This document shows positions 59,542 to 64,000 of a stretch of DNA of 64,000 nt, one piece after another; the stretch's first letter is position 1, and each line of letters begins with the position of its first letter. The position numbers and the translations under genes were made by a program. This DNA is from the human T2T-CHM13v2.0 reference genome, Homo sapiens. The notes under the pieces were generated by a model. That model had not been told where the DNA came from and did no database searches. It saw only the letters and a list, made by a program, of their open reading frames with translations. Location: NCBI RefSeq assembly GCF_009914755.1, contig NC_060925.1; one strand, written 5' to 3'.

Positions 59542-59693
59542 CCTGGTCTTGCTGGAGGCCCCTGCTCCTGGATTCTGAGCTCTGAAGGCCCCTTCTCAAA
59601 TGCATCTCTGAGTCTGGGCCCCTTCTCTGGCCCTCGTGAAGCTGATGAGAGGTGCTTCTTGCTGCCCACTTCCGAAGCATCCGGAAACATGAC
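59542..59693 (-). CDS. SPATA21: Predicted additional SPATA21 exon (VMFPDASEVGSKKH...QGPPARP), 152 nt
   Basis: atctctgtccag|GTC ... CCAGG|gtgagc; phase 0 to 2, open. Confidence 0.55.
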
Positions 59694-60062
59694 CTGGACA
59701 GAGATATCCATGGCAGTGGCTTGAGGGCTGGCATTGAGTACCCGTTCTGGAGTGATCCCTCCCACTCCTCCCTGGGTACTCTTCTGGCCTCAAGGACAGG
59801 GAGATCCTGTGCCTGATTGGGGAAGCTGTTGGAGAGGGGTGAGCAGGAGCTGAGAGGCAGGGATGCAGGGCCCGGCCCTGCTGTTGCTGTTGCTTAGCAC
59901 GTAAGGCTCTGGTATGAACTGGAGTCCAGATTAGTACCCGAGACAAGGGGATTGCCTTAAGGACAGCTTGAAAGAGCACCCTGGGGGACCCCAAGACTCT
60001 CACAAGGTCCAAGAGACGCCTTCAACAATTCCCATGCCTTCAAAACGCAGGCTCTAGTTTGA

Positions 60063-62178
<2,116 letters not shown>

Positions 62179-62329
62179 TTAGGATGCAGGCTGGGCTCTG
62201 GGGAGGGGCATGGAGGGAAGCCCTGAGTAGCTCTCAGGAGAATAAAGCTGGGCTGGAGGCTGTGAGGGGAGTTTGGAGGCCATGCAAGGCACCTAGAAGA
62301 GCGAGTAGGCAATTCTGGGTTTGCTCACC

Positions 62330-62830
62330 CTGCAGCTCTTTCCGTTACAGAAGCCAGCATTGTTTTTGGGAAGCTTCTCTTCTCCATTCAGCCCATGGGG
62401 CTCAGTGGAGCCACCTATCACCTCTGTCTCCATTGTATCAAGAGATCCAGACCACTCCCCACTGCCATGGTGATTGGTTCAAGGATGAGCATCTGACCAC
62501 AATCTGGGCCAATGACAGTGATGCTAGAGACTTGTTTCAACTATTGCAAAGAGGCTCACTTCCTGTTGGAATGCTAAACCAGAGGGTGTAAGATGGGAAG
62601 ATGTAATCCTGGAGTGGCCAGGGCAATCCCTGCCATCTTGCAGGGAGAGCTTGCCTGAGAATGAATCCAACACGGAGGAACATAGAGCCAAGAGATACTC
62701 ATTTAGCACATTGATCTAGCCATACCTGAAGTCTATGAAGGCATGTGTCAGTTACCCAAACTGATATATTCTCTTTTCTGCTTAATCCAGTTTGAATTGG
62801 GTTTTGTGTCCATTTTTAACAGAGTCTTAA
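62330..62830 (+). mobile_element. Old MLT1 (J/K-like) LTR remnant just downstream of the SPATA21 ATG exon
   Basis: ggtgattggttcaaggatgagca...gggagagcttgcctgagaatgaatccaacac...gcttaatccagtttgaattgggttt. Confidence 0.65.
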
Positions 62831-62920
62831 TTAAAGCAGCTGGGGAGGAAGCCTGGGCAGGGGAAGGGAAAGGTGCCAGCTAGGAGTGAATGGATCAGAA
62901 CATGGGGTGCAGGTCCCTAC

Positions 62921-63049
62921 CTTGCTGACTCCTGGTATGATGGGCTCAACACCAGCCCTCTTTATGGTGATCCTCAGGCCAGGACTTGGCTGCGTCCCTG
63001 GAGCCTTGGTTCTACCCTCCGTGTACATCTGGGTGTTTCTATTGTCCAT
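62921..63049 (-). CDS. SPATA21: Predicted long form of SPATA21 first coding exon (43 codons, ...EPIIPGVSK)
   Basis: Open frame to donor AAG|gtaggg, phase 0. Confidence 0.6.
63016..63049 (-). CDS. SPATA21: SPATA21 first coding exon, short form (MDNRNTQMYTE)
   Basis: Strong Kozak GGCATCATGG; donor GAGG|gtagaa; exon acceptor tttctcctgtag at 63102-63101, giving 51 nt of 5'UTR. Confidence 0.85.
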
Positions 63050-63584
63050 GATGCCAGCGCCAACACGGGTGCCAAGTGAGGGGCATCACCTAGTGTGCTC
63101 CTACAGGAGAAATCCAATCAAGCGTCCCACCAAGCCCATCACCTAACTGCTGCTTCAGGAGCCCACTTGGAGCCTATAATGTAGACAGCCTGGCTCGAGG
63201 GAAGAGGCGGGGCCAGGCCTTGCAAGGAGAGGCACGCAGCAAAACCAGAGAGCTAGCCACATGCCATTTACCCATACGCTTTTCCTAGTTCTCACTATGA
63301 CCCTGAGGAAAAGGGGCTCTGGAAGGCACAAGACTTGCCCAAGATCTAACACCTGCTAGGTCGCAGACGAGGATTTGAACCATGGCCTGTTGAATCCCAA
63401 AACCCAGGCGCTTTCCCCGACGGCGACATTTCCTACAGGGTATTCTTTGGCATACTGGTCCCTTCAGATGCTCCAAGGGGTTCCAAGGCTAAATGCCTTT
63501 GGAAAGTGCTGTGATGAGCGAAATGATACAGGCTCTTTCCTGTACAACTTCTCAGAGCCTTTAAAATACTAATGTGCCTTTTAA

Positions 63585-64000
<416 letters not shown>

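Noticed and set aside
59694-59812. Acceptor ccccaatcag| at 59813 as the start of the hidden exon
   Set aside because: 119 nt from the open frame (not a multiple of 3), so it would need a frameshift; the AG at 59826 is first after the branch-like motif and in frame

Overview
Primate (almost certainly human, 1p36.13 by gene content) Alu-dense genomic DNA with two convergent protein-coding genes. On the + strand is SZRD1: intron 1, coding exons at 22908-22957, 24761-25015 and 26571-26673, and a ~3 kb 3'UTR. Its exon 1 lies left of the window. Intron 1 holds an antisense RPL22 processed pseudogene that still has an open frame. On the - strand is SPATA21: ATG at 63049, stop at 30298, poly(A) signal at 30190-30195. 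The familiar splice path reconstructs to 1410 nt (469 aa). No CRISPR, rRNA or tRNA was seen, and almost all ORFs in the supplied track are Alu artefacts. The best observations are: (1) a second, phase-consistent SPATA21 exon chain (two extra exons plus two exon extensions) giving a ~695-aa ORF, with a TGA in a longer version of one extra exon; (2) SPATA21 EF-hand introns at the same positions and phases as calmodulin; (3) four tandem miR-128 8mer sites beside a G4/C-tract switch in the SZRD1 3'UTR; (4) a BC200 RNA retrocopy fused to a FLAM monomer; (5) an uORF overlapping the SPATA21 start. Gene and repeat-family names come from recall of known sequences, not from a database search.
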